A stretch of 64,000 bases of DNA from Anolis carolinensis (Eukaryota), in the NCBI RefSeq assembly GCF_035594765.1, contig NC_085846.1, positions 34,459,190 to 34,523,189 of the forward strand, read 5' to 3'. The stretch's first letter is position 1, and each line of letters opens with the position of its first letter. This document shows positions 49,455-63,218 of this stretch, one piece after another. A program made the position numbers and the translations under genes. The notes below the pieces were generated by a model. That model was not told where the DNA came from and did no database searches. It worked only from the letters and a program-made list of their open reading frames with translations.

Positions 49455-51495
49455 CTGTGGAATGGTTACTTCTTTTAAACACCATCTCAAAAGTACACGT
49501 GAACAAACATCAACACATTTCAGACATGGAAACATGGAGATACAGATATACAAACACAGCCTAAGGAAAAGCATATCACAAGAGGAGGTCCTAGTTTATC
49601 TCCCATTTAAAAGATGATCCGATAGCAGGACTTGAAAGGCATCTTTGGAAGGGAACAGGATTTGGTGAAATTGTACTAGGTACAGAATTATAAGTAGAGC
49701 TGTGTGTATGACTGAGCTTTTTTTAACCACAAAAACAGATTTTCTGCACTATAACTCATATTCTGTGACCTGAATACAAGACAGGGAGATGCAAAGAGCA
49801 AGGCAGGGTATGGAAGTCCTACCCCCTGAAATGTTGCCAAGCTCCTTCTGTGGCTTTGGAGATTTTAGCACCTATTACTAACACACGTTTCAAGAATATC
49901 TTTACAATTAAAGCCTAGGCATAAAAATTGTTATTTTAGGAAAAGAAGATGGTGGGAAAAATCTTATGGCATAAAATACTGTACCAGATAGAAAATTCAC
50001 TCATAACACACACAAAGCCCTTCCCATAATCAAAACTCACAGGAAATCAATATCCCTAGTTAGGTTCTGTGCGTTTGTGGCAGAATGTGCAGAGTTTGGA
50101 TTTTAACAGCAACCTAGCAGTTATTTGCCTTCTTGTCTTTATGTTGATTTGAGGATTCTTGTGTTCATTCTACAGGAACTACTGATATTTTGAACAGTCA
50201 AAATAATAATCAAGGGATAGAAGTGTGTCTTCTCCATCATATTTTAAAATTGCATTTGGAACCCTTCACCTCTGCTTCACTTTGAACTGTGGCAGTTTCT
50301 TCCACAGAAAAAGTTAATGAGAGGGTTTCAAGGCCAGGAAGGGCTGGGACAAAGTTTGAATGAAGTAGTTCCCTGTGATACTCTATCCTCTAAATCTAGA
50401 AGCATTTTTTCTGACCAGCTTTTTTAAAAAGGTTTGCGTCACATTTGCAATTAATTCTAATGGTCTAGGAAGGGAATGGTCTATTTAGGGATTCATTTTG
50501 TTGAAGAATTCACATAGAGAACCAGCATTACACAACACTGTCACTTGGACAGTTGTAACAAATGCCCCCAAATGTCAGCTACTGGCCATTTATAAGCAAA
50601 TAATCACAGTACGAACAATATATGGGAGTGGGGATTAGAAACAGCCCATAATAATATAATGTTTTATTTTACTTTCATTTTTCTTTGTGTTTTCTGTTCA
50701 GATGTTTATGTAAAATCCAGTTGATTCTACACAAACACTTCTTTGAATATGAAAGGTTTTCATGCTGCTTGGCGCATGGAATTTTTGCTGGGGTCAGAAA
50801 ACATCCCATACCTCAGAAGATACAACTTTTAGAAAGAAATTCTCATGTGTAACGGTTCAAAGCATAGTTTGGTGACATTTAAAGACTGAAGGTAGGGTGA
50901 TACTTTAAAAATGCATGCGGTGTGGCAAAAAGACATGAGCAACAGCTGGTTCTAACATTCAGAAAACATACACAGAAGTCTTCTTATGAATGCATTCCTA
51001 GGGGTGAAAAGCCATCCCAGCCTTCTCAATACTATAAGTTTGTATAGGCATGGAAGTTTTGATGTGAAAGAACATTAAGGACCCAATTCCCAGTCTATTT
51101 CCAGGTAGTAAAATCCCAAGACTGGTGTGCAATGGACTTTAGCTGAATGTTTGAACCAGCTGTGAGATGGATATGAATGCTGCCGCTACTCCTAATTTAG
51201 ACAGGCATTTTAATTTATAAACAGCTTCCCCATCTCTGGCACCCTGAAGATTTCCACGATTCTCTTTTTAACACATAAGGAAACGGAAGGCGAGAGTGTG
51301 AAGCTGCTGAAGGATCTACAGTGAGAATTCTCAGGAACCCAGAGCTATTGCCAGATTCCACACACACTCAGAGACGACTACCAGGCTTGGTTAAAGAAAA
51401 ATCAAATTGTTTTTTATTTTACCACATAGGAAACCCACATCTTTTCCCCCCTTATGTCCTAGGAGCAAGGGGGGAAAGGGGCCCCAGTTATTTAC

Positions 51496-51951
51496 CTGCT
51501 GGCTCGTCCTGAGGCAAAGTGGGGGTTGGTTGGCGCCCCTGCAGCTCACTGCTCTTCTCACTATTATTCTCCTCTGTGTTTGTTGCAGGCTCCTGGGTCT
51601 TAAGGAGCTGGCTCAGCAAAACCGTTAGGACATTCTGCATGTCTCCCTGAGTGCTAGCTGCATCTGGAGTGGGTTGCTCCTCTGACAGTTGGGGCGGCGG
51701 GGGCTCCTCAAGAGTGGCTTCTTCTTCAGCCACTTTCTGGGAGTCCTGTGACGGCTGTGTGGTGGTGGCCTCATTGAGTGCATTGATGGACTGATTGAGA
51801 GCCTCCAACTGTTGCTGCATCTCAGGGTTTGAGTGGATGTTGAGCAGCTGGGCCATTTGTGGGATACTGAGGTCTGTTTGGCTCTGCAACAAGTTCAACA
51901 AGACAGCCAACTCACTCTGATTCAGCTGCTGAGTGATATCACCAAGGCCGA
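51496..51951 (-). CDS. CDK12: CDK12 coding exon (exon 13 equivalent) VGLGDITQQLNQSELAVLLNLLQSQTDLSIPQMAQLLNIHSNPEMQQQLEALNQSI...PQDEPA
   Basis: Inside ORF 51488..52156; ttgcag| acceptor after a long pyrimidine tract, |gtaaat donor; 456 bp; CDK12-specific sequence. Confidence 0.95.
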
Positions 51952-52334
51952 CTGCAAATACAAGGAAGAACATTGGGAAAAAGAGGGGGAAAGAGAGGGG
52001 AAAAAGAGGAGTGAGGGAGAGATCCAAACTTTTAGAACAGAGCAGCAGACAGTGACACCCCCCCCCCAAACAATCAAACTTACCCACAACACATTCAGAC
52101 ACTGCTTCTCCTCTACCACCATTTAAAACCAGACTTTTGAAATCAACAAAAAACAAGGTTACTAAGAAGCTTGACAGGATACAGGATGGGCAAGGTGCAA
52201 TCCATAGGGGAGTACAGTCCTAAGATTATTTTTGTGCCTCCCCAAACTCTTACACCAATTTCTCCACTACTTTAAATGATTTGGCATAGTTTGCTTCTCC
52301 AGAAGCACAATATTCCCACAATTGCTTTTATGTA

Positions 52335-52656
52335 CAGTAGAGTCTCACTTATCCAACATTCGCTTATCCAACGTTCTGGATTATCCAATGCATTTTTGTA
52401 GTCGATGTTTTCAATACATTGTGATATTTTGGTGCTAAATTTGTAAATACAGTAATTACTACATAGCATTACTGCGTATTGAACTACTTTTTCTGTCAAA
52501 TTTGTTGTATAACATGATGTTTGGGTGCTTAATTTGTAAAATCATAACCTAATTTGATGTTTAATAGGCTTTTCCTTAATCTCTCCTATTATCCAACATA
52601 TTCGCTTATCCAACATTCTGGCGGCCCGTTTATGTTGGATAAGTGAGACTCTACTG
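52335..52656. mobile_element. Tc1/mariner-pogo type MITE copy in CDK12 intron 12
   Basis: TIR, TA TSD. Confidence 0.88.
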
Positions 52657-53761
52657 TATATATTTTTCTCTTAATTCTATTTATCTGAATGGAGTGGAAG
52701 GAGGAATATTCTCAGGGTGGCACGAGGAGCAATCCACCATGGATGGATCATCCCTCATGCTAACCTGACTACTGAAGTCTACTGTTTCTTTTGTTAGAGA
52801 CCACCTCCTTCTCTGCCTATTTTTGTTCTCTTGCACAATGATACAGACATGCTTTTAATTTCTCTGGAGGGAAAATAATTAAGAGAATTAGGGAGGAGCA
52901 ATACTGAGTTAAAATAAATAAGAAAGAAAAGTTCTGAAGTACTGTCCCAGTGACAGCTGGGAAAAAACTAACATAAAGTCCAGCCATTTGGTTGACACTA
53001 CAATATGTGGCATGCCCTATCTGTGGACTTGAGTCTACAAGATAGCATAGAAAGTAGGACAGTACAGTTGAGTAGAGAAGATTTCAGCCTTCATCTCCTG
53101 TAATGATACAGAGGAATGCCATATTATTACAGTCGTTGAAGATGATTTGGAAGCTACAGCTATCACAAAATACACTAGCAAGATTGTTGATAGGAGCATG
53201 ATATGTACAATACATCATACCATTTTTAAGGAATGGAAGTAGATGCTAATCAAGGTGCTGACGATTACATTCAACATCCAAAATGACTCGAGGCTGCAAT
53301 ACTTGAAATAATCTCTCACTATTATCTCTTCATTTCTCCAGAACTGCCTGCAAACTAATATATCATGTGAGGACATGAGAGAGGTTCTTCTCTGCAATAG
53401 TACCCTGTGTTATGGAATATATCCTCCCCTTGGAAGATCAACTGGTGTCAATATTGGTTTCTTTTTTAGATATACATTTAAAATACAACTTTTTATTAAA
53501 ACCTTTGGAGCACAATCTTAATTAGTTTTAAGCATCATCTACATGGCTTTAGCTCTTTCTGTTGTTTTTACCAAGTGATCTTTTTAAATAAATATCTATT
53601 TAATGTATTTTATATCCTATTTACATTTTTTTTGTCTGGAATTGCTGTCAATTGTTTTAACTGTCGCATGGAGAACTCATAACAGAAGACAGGGGGAAAA
53701 TATTTCAACAAAACAAATACTCTAAATTCTCCTCTCTTCAATCCAACTTTATCTGCATACT

Positions 53762-54005
53762 AGCCATGGTGGCGCAATGGGTTAAACCCTTGTGCCGGCT
53801 GAACAGCTGACCTAAACGTCACAATTCGAATCTGCGAGAAGGGGTAAACTCCTGTCTGTCAGTTCTAGCTTCCCATGTAGGGACATGAGAGAAGCCCCTG
53901 CAGGATGGTAACACACCAGGGCATCCCCTGGGCAACGCCTCTGAAGATGGCAGATTCTCTCACCCCAGAAATGACTTGCAGTATGTTCTCAATTCTCTTT
54001 TTACA
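53762..54005 (+). mobile_element. tRNA-derived SINE, second family
   Basis: Similar to 25867-26145. Confidence 0.75.
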
Positions 54006-55207
54006 CAATTAAAAATAACTTGGGTTTGTACTCTCAAGCCTCAGAAGTCTCTTGTGCCCATAGATTTTAATCCTATTTTGGCTGCTCTGATAGCTGATAT
54101 ATGGCATAAGAGAGAGGGTCTGAAGTATGACCGGGCTGATTCTCTTGGTCCTAATCAGAAGCTTTCTGTATCACCAAAGTACCAATTTGCAAATACTCCA
54201 AGCTAACAGTGGGAGCATCATTTAGTTTGGGGATTTCACAAGTTCTCTTCTTCATAATACAACAGATCCAAACCAAAACAGCAATTTGGTGGTTCCATTC
54301 CCATTCAGACAGCAGATTCCAGATGGTATTCTTAGAAGACTGCTTATCGACATTGTGGCATTTATATTATCTATGGGCAGAGATATCTCTGTCCTGGAAG
54401 CGGGTGACAAATCTAGTGATCAATGCTCTGGTATGTCCAAGACTACAGCAATGTAGTACATGTGAGACTGTATCTGAAGACTTTAGTTAGCTTAGAATAC
54501 AGTTGTCAGATATCTGAGAAAGAGCTGTTAAGGGTATCAATAGAGTGTTTAAAAACCTGACATATTCTTGGTCAGATTTTAACATCAAACAAAAATACTG
54601 GTACTCATCTTTAAAACCTACAAAGCTTGCAACATAGGTATCAGAAGGAATTCTGTATCCACACCAACCTACCCTTATCTTGAAAACTGCAATGGAAGCT
54701 TTTCCCTGCCTACCCTGGCATTAAAATGAGGTGAGTGGAAATTGGGTAAGAGTCCTCACAGTGTTTTTGAATGCATAAATGTATACAGTCCTTTTCTTGC
54801 TCTGATACACAATCTCTGGGATAGGCTCATAGAAGCAGTTTCCTCCACTGACTGAACTCTTTAACCAACTTCTCATGTTAAAATTGTGTGAACAGAACTC
54901 CACAGGGATAAGGTGAGAGGGATCCCTCACAGCTTCTCCTTCCTCTGCCCACTCTTAAAGTCCTGCACTAAGCCTGGATGGAAGCAGGACACTTCCATGA
55001 CATTGGGGGTCCCAGCTTGCATAAAAACCTGTGTACAAGGTATCTTGTGCTCAGATATCCAAACTCAATGTATGCCTTACTTCCTGAAACAACTGTTGTG
55101 GGATTTAAATAACGTACTGGTTTCTAAGAAAAGGGGGAAAGAATCCACTATTCTTTAAAACTGGAAAAGATTCATGCAAAATATTCCCTGTGTACAGTCA
55201 ATCTCTA

Positions 55208-55427
55208 GAGGCAGCATGATTGCTGCAGTGGTTTGAGCGTTGGACTAGAGCACTGGAAGACCAGGGTTCATATCCCCAGGGACTCAGCAATGGAAATTTA
55301 CTGGATTACTTGGAAAAGTCACATTTTCTCAGCCTCAGGGCAAATGCCCCTGGACAAATTATGCCACAAAAACCTCTCGATGGGGTCACATTTGGACAAT
55401 CGTAAATCAAATGCCTTTGAAGGCACA
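55208..55427 (+). mobile_element. Squam3/CORE-like SINE
   Basis: Similar to 28297-28532. Confidence 0.6.
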
Positions 55428-56280
55428 AAATGGCAAGTGTCAACTTCAGCTTTTCTCAAGTTGTCACAGTACAGAAATCAAGCATTCCTCCAATGTGCCT
55501 TTGGTATGGCGTCATATGAACATACAAAATACACACTGAGACAAATGGCAGTCTGTTAACTTGTGCTCTATGGGATCAAGGAGAGGAGGCAAATTAAGTC
55601 ACAACCTCTCCTTTAAACCTGGTCTGGGAAAAGGAACGAGGCAAAGAGATCTGAAAGCTTTACTGACTAGATTTGTCAGTGTGAATATAATTATTTGGCA
55701 GAATTGAATACTACAATGACAAGACTGAGTGGTAAGGGCACTGTTGTTTATTTTAATTTCTTTAGTTTACGTGGATGATACTTTATTCCAGTAAGAAACT
55801 ATAATACAGAATAAAAAAGTAAAAAGGAAAACAGGTTTTTCTTCTTGGGAGTTGCTAATTTACATTCCGACCATGTAGTTGTACATTGTAGTTACCTTTT
55901 TTAGATAATTAAGGTTTTGGCAATAACAAAAATATTTTGTATACATTTAAATCAATCAGATGACTGAATGAGTCAAATGTCAGTCGTTAAGTGATTGATA
56001 CAACCCAATGTATCTGCCTGAATTCACTGTCATTGAAACTCCCTAAAGGCCCACTCCTGCACCAGTTTGTGGCTTTTCAAATTCAGCAGCAACTGTACTA
56101 CCTTTGCCACAATAATTTCCTAATGAGTCCTGACTTCAGGATATTACCTCTTCCTGTAAACCCTGCTCAAAGCAGCAAGAAGAGCAAGCAGTCAATTTGT
56201 TGACACAGGAACCCACAGTAATAAAAAATAGCCCCAAAGAGTTAACTAGCTTCTGAGATTGTCCCAGACTATACACTGAC

Positions 56281-56495
56281 CAAATGTGTCTCCAGTAACA
56301 GGCTGTGTTTTGATCTGAGCTGGCTGTGGTTGTGCTGGACTGCTGTGATTCTTGATAGGTTCTGCACTTGTTATGGAGACAGACTCCTTCTTGGAAACTT
56401 TGACCAAGGGGGGTTCCTCCACCACAATTCCACTCTGCCGCTGCCGCCGACGTTTCTTGCTCCATAGTTCATGGCAATCTTGCCAGTGAGGAAGG
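56281..56495 (-). CDS. CDK12: CDK12 coding exon (exon 12 equivalent) [29 protein letters not shown]...PVTGDTF, C-terminal kinase extension with DCHELW and polybasic cluster
   Basis: tccag| acceptor, |gtcagt donor, 215 bp, open frame. Confidence 0.95.
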
Positions 56496-57195
56496 CTGGA
56501 AAGATCATAGAACGAGGTTACTGAGAAGCGAGTGATACAGGTGGTGGCAGAGAATCAAGACACAAAATATGGTATTTGGTAGGTTAAAGGCAATTGCACC
56601 TTCAGGTCCAGTCTGGAAAGATCCATTCCTTGGGGCCTATGTACATATGCCAGACCTCTGATGAAGGCTGGGCTAGGCCAATAGTTAACACAAACTAAGA
56701 ACCTAATTTAAAACATACACTCTGCTGTAGATTAATTTCGTCACAGAATGAAGTTTTGCACTACAAATGTGTGTGGAAGCCAAAGTTTGCCTGCTATTTC
56801 TAAGGAGTAACAAATTAGAAGAGACAGGAAGTAAGAATCTCTTATTAAATCATAGTTGCATTGTCGAGAAAGAGAAATTGTTAGTATAGGTTCCTGCATA
56901 TCCAAAGAAACAGCACACTGAAGCTGAACCACATAACAGAGACAGCACACCATTCATTCACTTGCTCCTCCTCAAAATGGTTTACAAATCAGGGATGGGG
57001 TTGTATCTCCCTTTAAACACGGCTTTACTAACATACTTAACTCTTGTGTTACTTGTTAATGCATAGCCTGAGCTGCAGGATCCATTCGGTGTGGGACTCC
57101 AGGATGGTGGATGTATGTTGCTACAAATCCAAATACCCCCTTCCCAGATTGCTCCCTCATTTCAGTACTTTCACAGAGGAACACACAGGACTTAC

Positions 57196-57327
57196 TCTGG
57201 AGGATCCATCTTGCTGACATCCACATCTTTCAGGAAGTCACTCTGCAAGGCTTGTTCTGCTGTGCATCTTTTACTGGGATCCAGTGTCAGCATGTGGTCA
57301 AGCAGGTCAAGTGCAGCAGCAGGAATG
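57196..57327 (-). CDS. CDK12: CDK12 coding exon (exon 11 equivalent) [43 protein letters not shown]
   Basis: cag| acceptor, |gtaag donor, 132 bp, end of kinase domain. Confidence 0.96.
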
Positions 57328-57753
57328 CTGGAGGAGAAAATGGAAAAGTTAAAACAATCCCCATAATAAGAATATTTTAAACTGCACTTTCCTTAAAGGT
57401 CTAAAACAATTTGCATGCATTATATTATAATGCCTTCCCAATGCCAAGCTCTGTAGAGTAGACAAATGTTGTGTATTAGGGATGGGATTGAGACAGTGAT
57501 TTGCCGACTACTACCCAAGCTATTCTAATAGCTGAAATTAGATTTGGAGTGACCAATCTGAGTCTGGAAAACTATGGCTGCAGTACTGAATGTCCTTCCA
57601 ACTCAGTGGCACTTACTTTCAAGTGAAATCCAGTCTGCCTCAGAATTAAGCTTTGAGAAAATATATTAAAAACTCCTTTGCTTCAGCATCTCTCACAAAA
57701 AAAAGAAAAAACTTAAGGTGAAGCACTAGTCTCACAATTACCTGCATTGTAGG

Positions 57754-58642
57754 TCATAGAATAGAATCATAGAATCACAGAGTTGGAAGAGACCTCATGG
57801 GCCATCTAGTCCAACCCCCTGCCAAGAAGCAGGAAAATCGCATTCAAAGCACCCCATAGATGGCCAGCTCTCACAGTGAGGAAGTTCATCCTGATGTTCA
57901 GGTGGAATCTCCTTTCCTGTAGTTTAAAGCCATTGTTCCGTGTCCTTGTCTCCAGGGCAGCAGAAAACAAGCTTGCTCCCTCCTCCCTATGACTTCTCCT
58001 CACATATTTATACATGCCCATCATGTCTCCTCTCAGCCTTCTCTTCTGCAGGCTAAACATGCTCAATTCTTTAAGCCGCTCCTCATAGGGTTTGTTCTCC
58101 AGACCCTCTGGACACATTCCAGCTTGTCAACATCTCCCTTCAATTGAGATGCCCAGAATTAGACACAGTATTCCAGGTGTGGTCTGACCAAGGCAGAATA
58201 GAGGGGTAGCATGACTTCTCTGGATCTAGACGCCATACTCCTATTTATGCAGGACAAAATCCCATTGGCATTTTTTGCTGCCGCATCACATTGTTGGCTC
58301 ATATTTAACTTGTTGTCCATGAGGACTCCAAGATCTTTTTCACACATTCTGCTGTTGAGCCAGGCATCCCCCATTCTGTATCTTTGCAATTCATTTTTTT
58401 CTGCCTAAGTGGCGTTTCTTGCATTTGTCCCTGTTGAAGTTCATTTTGTTAGTTTTGGCCCATCTCTCTAATCTGTTAAGATCATTCTGGATTCTCTCCT
58501 ATCTTTTGAAGTATTAGCTATCCCTCCCAATTTGGTGTCGTCTGCAAACTTGATGATCATGCCATCTAGCCCTTCATCTAAGTCATTAATAATGATGTTG
58601 AACAGAACCAGGCTCAGGATAGAACCCTGCGGCACTCCACTC
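57754..58642 (-). mobile_element. CR1 LINE 3' portion (RT) in CDK12 intron 10
   Basis: ORFs with [50 protein letters not shown]; ATTCTATG tail. Confidence 0.92.
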
Positions 58643-58719
58643 CATTCAAGTGACATTTGAATTTAATGCAAATTATCTTAGGTATTTTGACACTGGCAAT
58701 GGTATGTGAAGGGAGCTAA

Positions 58720-58940
58720 CACAGTGTTTTACTTGTTGGATTAGTATTCTAGGAAACAAGGGTTCAAAAACCACTGCATCGTCATGAAAACCCTCAGATG
58801 GATCAAGCAAGTCACGGTTGCTTAGCCTCAGAGGAAGGCAATGCCAAACTCCTGCTGAGCAAGTCTAGACAAAAAAATCGCCCTGTGATTGGTTTGTCTC
58901 AGGGTTATCATAAGTCAGAAATTACTTGAAAGCACATAAA
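58720..58940 (+). mobile_element. Squam3/CORE-like SINE
   Basis: Similar to 28297-28532. Confidence 0.6.
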
Positions 58941-61058
58941 ACTCATCATCATCATCATTTTTATATATCCTGCCACCATCTTCCAAAAGGGACTCGGGGC
59001 AGATTACAGATAATAGTCCCATACAACACATAAATACATAAAAAAACAACTACTACAAAAAGAAACGTTTCTTATAAAAAGTGGATATTCAAAACAAAAT
59101 TATCCAGGATATCCATATGTCTATGGGCCTGAAATCCCATGGTAAAAATGGAATATAAATATTTTAATACATAAAAATAATAAATTATCTCTACTAGAAG
59201 TGTTCCTGTTGAGAGTTCATACCAGTCTGGAATTATAGAGTCCTTTTGGCATGGGAGGTTATATTTAAGTAAGTAAATACATCTTTCCATTAAAGGCCTG
59301 GCTGCTAAATCTGATCCTATAATTTTAGTCATGACCTTGTTTACTTACTACTTACTATGGACTTACTACTTTCTATAAACCATTCTAGATTCAAACTGCC
59401 AAATGTCCTCCCATCCCATCCCAAATTTCTTTCCCACATCATATTATTCAAGAAGCCCATAGGGTTTTCTAGGTCCATTTTGAATTTTTAACTAATGTGT
59501 GGATATTTTTTTACTCAAGTTCCCTGAGTATTCAGAAAGCACTATCTTGGACAGGAATAGAATGATCACGTTCTATGTATTAGTAAAAAAAGAAAGAAGT
59601 TTTTTTAAAGGCTTTATTTTAAAGGTCAGACTGGAGAAATCATTACGGTAAGACTGTGAGGCTATAGAGAGATGTGCCTCTTTATGTGCCTTCTAATTTG
59701 CTACACCATGACCTAGCATCCACAACTCAAACAATGGCATACATCTCCAAGCTTCTCCTGTCTCCACACACTACCTTTTTTCCATTGTCTCTCTACTGTA
59801 CTAAATATTATATCCTTATAAAACTTATAATTTTAAAAAAAGAAGATCCATGCATAAACTAAACTCAAAGCCCCAGCATGGTTTTCCTGCTCTCCAGCCA
59901 ATTAGTCCACTGAACCATCTCAGAATGTTAGGTTTTATGTCCTAATCTTCTTGTGGAAAAGACCTGACCTCTAGTATTGCCAGATACACTGAAATATTTT
60001 CAGTCATCATAATTTATTGGCTGTATTGTTGTCTACTAGCAACCATAACGAGAAACCTTCTTTTCAGCCCTGAAGCTGAAGAGCTGAGTGGGGATCATCC
60101 CAGCAAGAATGACTCCCCAGTGCTGGAAGCAAATTAAAGGTGTTTTTATTGCCGAGACTTCAGGTATACCTCCAAGCCCACAGTGGTATGCTTCTCAGGA
60201 AATACAGCCAGGGAACTTCTCACTAAGGAAGACCCTTGAAGGGGCAGATCTGGAAGGCACCATTATTAACTTGACTAGCAAGGTCAGAAAACACCATTTC
60301 TTCTGTCTCCACACATTGTCCCAAATATAGTAAATAGTACAACCAGTGTGAAACAAATGTAATAGTACATACTATAAAATTATAAAAAATATTGAAGACA
60401 ACCAACCACAGGAATTTAAAAAAAATCAAACTGTCTTCCTATGCTAGCTGGTTTATTATCTATCTTGCCCTCTCCTCCACAGCAGTAAACAGGCTAAAAC
60501 ATTTTCTACTGGAGCCAATATTTTCAAACTGGGTGGCCCTTTGGGAGCATCAATATGGAGAAATTATTGAGCTAATTATTGCATTGATCCATTCCACAAC
60601 AGCAAATTCATGAAAGCTGTTTGCAGCAAATTCATGGTGCTGATTTTTTTTCACCATAAACCTATTCTAACCCCACCATCAGTGACATGGTGTCCATGGA
60701 AGGCTAACAAAAAACAATGTAGCTGTTAAGACTAAAACAGAATTGCCAACCCCAAAAGCAATAAAAACAATCAGATCCTAACAGGAACTTTACCCAATCA
60801 CCCCGCAAAAGGTGTGCTAGATATCATATTTTTCTGTCCACTGAAAAAGATGGTAAAGCAGACAAGCAAGCTGCACTAGGAAGGGGATTTCATAGCCTTG
60901 GAGTCATCAATGAAAAGGGACTAACTCTTGTGAACCAAGAATTACTAAACCAATTGGGGCTAGAAAATTCTTCTCCTTCTTAGTAGTATTGTAACAAATA
61001 CGCGGAATTATGGGCACACCATATCATTCCTTCAACCAAAAAGTTCAAAACAAACTTA

Positions 61059-61229
<171 letters not shown>

Positions 61230-61844
61230 CTATCAATGATCTCCTTTGATTTTTTTCTTTGTTTTGCAAATGGGAAAAAAACAAAAAATGAATGAAATAC
61301 AAAATGTATTTCCCAAGCTTGGGCTGATGCCATGCAATGATCCTGCCACCTTGAGCTGGATAATATCAGTGGGTGTTTAGTAACTTCCAGTTCTCCTAAT
61401 TGGCTAAATGGTATGGCATCTATCATGCACATCCACACAACTCAGTCTTTGACAATCAGCTATATGGATAAATGAAACAGGGTCTACTAAGCAAGGACAA
61501 GCAGATATATAGGGAAAAGACCATAGAAACATAGTATAAAAGGCTTCCATAAGTAGTATTGGCCGTATGAAGTTGGCTCCTCCTAAATTCAATATAAGGC
61601 CATATTAACTATTTTCTGTGTATTTGCTATTTTAGGAATTCCTATGAGGACTGCTGTTTCATAGTGTTACACTGGAGGCCTTAGCAATAACATTTTAATC
61701 AAACCCACAAGTGTGGAGTGCTGATTAGAAGAGTTATAGGCATATAGAGGTACCTAAGATGCTTCCAAATCTTACACAAATGCACCACACACCCCCAGAA
61801 ATCTTTGATGGCATTTAGGAGCAAAAAACAACAACTTTGAAAAT

Positions 61845-62022
61845 TGGGATTCGAATCCCCACTTGGACATGAAACCCCCCCTGGGTGATTTGGAGCAAGT
61901 CACGCACTCTTAAGCCTCAGAGGAAGGCAAAGCGAAAACTCTTCTGACGAAATCTTACCAAGACATTCTTGTGATAAGTAACTTTACAATCACCATAAGT
62001 TGGAAAATACTTGAAGGCACAC
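61845..62022 (+). mobile_element. Squam3/CORE-like SINE (5' truncated)
   Basis: Similar to 28297-28532. Confidence 0.6.
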
Positions 62023-62247
62023 TCCTATAGCAATCTTGTCACTGTGACAGATATTTTCTCTTATTGACAACAGATTTGCACAATTTAGTCTATATGTTCT
62101 TGACATGAATAACTGTCACTATACCCTATTTGTTAATATAAATATTTGATACTTGGAAATCTAGGCATACCTCTGCCAGTTCCAGAAAAAAGCAACTGGC
62201 AGTACTACCGAGGCAGGCTGGAAATACAAACTGCAACATATGCTTTA

Positions 62248-62430
<183 letters not shown>

Positions 62431-63074
62431 TCAGGAGGCTCATGAAACATCTAGGAGACAAGGCACAAGAAGGTGACTACGAAAAAACTGCATGCAAAAC
62501 TGCATCATTCCATCATGAAGAAATAGCATCCTCCAACTTCCTTCTAGAATAATTATATCTGAGAGATAGTCACCATATCTAAGGAACAGGACCACTATAC
62601 ACAAATTCAGCAAACCTGATCATCAAGAAAAGTGGCCAGTTTCTAGCAGGTGAGTTACCTCTAATTTTCTACATGTGAGTTACTCCTATTTTTCTACATG
62701 TGTCTAGGAGGAAAGATGGTAATCCGAACACTGGGATTAACTCCCTTGTTCCCATTCTTAATGCTCCAAGGCAGAGAAATAAGTCAACAAAATCATTCTG
62801 CGACAAGTATGAGGACAGACTATCACAATTTTAAGAAGAACAATAGGATACAAAAATAATAAAAATTAAAATCGACAAGCACCCTATATAAATGTAAACT
62901 CACATATGTTTACAGGCTTTGCCTCAATGCAATTTATGTATTCTGGCCTATGACATGACTACTTATTCTGCAGCCCCACCAAAAAGAGCCCAAAGGTATG
63001 ATTCATTACAAATTTTGAATTGTGTCAAGCACAAGCTTGTGACAAAAGCAAAAAGAAAAGAAGTTACTGGCTCA

Positions 63075-63218
<144 letters not shown>

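Noticed and set aside
48501-49617. Alternative-frame and antisense ORFs (193, 135, 100 aa) over the last CDK12 exon
   Set aside because: Shadow ORFs of a GC-rich coding exon
56136-57380. ORFs 56136..56465, 57091..57366 and 57111..57380
   Set aside because: Wrong-frame or antisense shadows of CDK12 exons 11-12
62650-62702. ~25-bp tandem duplication in CDK12 intron 8 (also the tgattacaatgct repeats at 8859-8913)
   Set aside because: Simple local slippage; no spacer structure, not CRISPR-like
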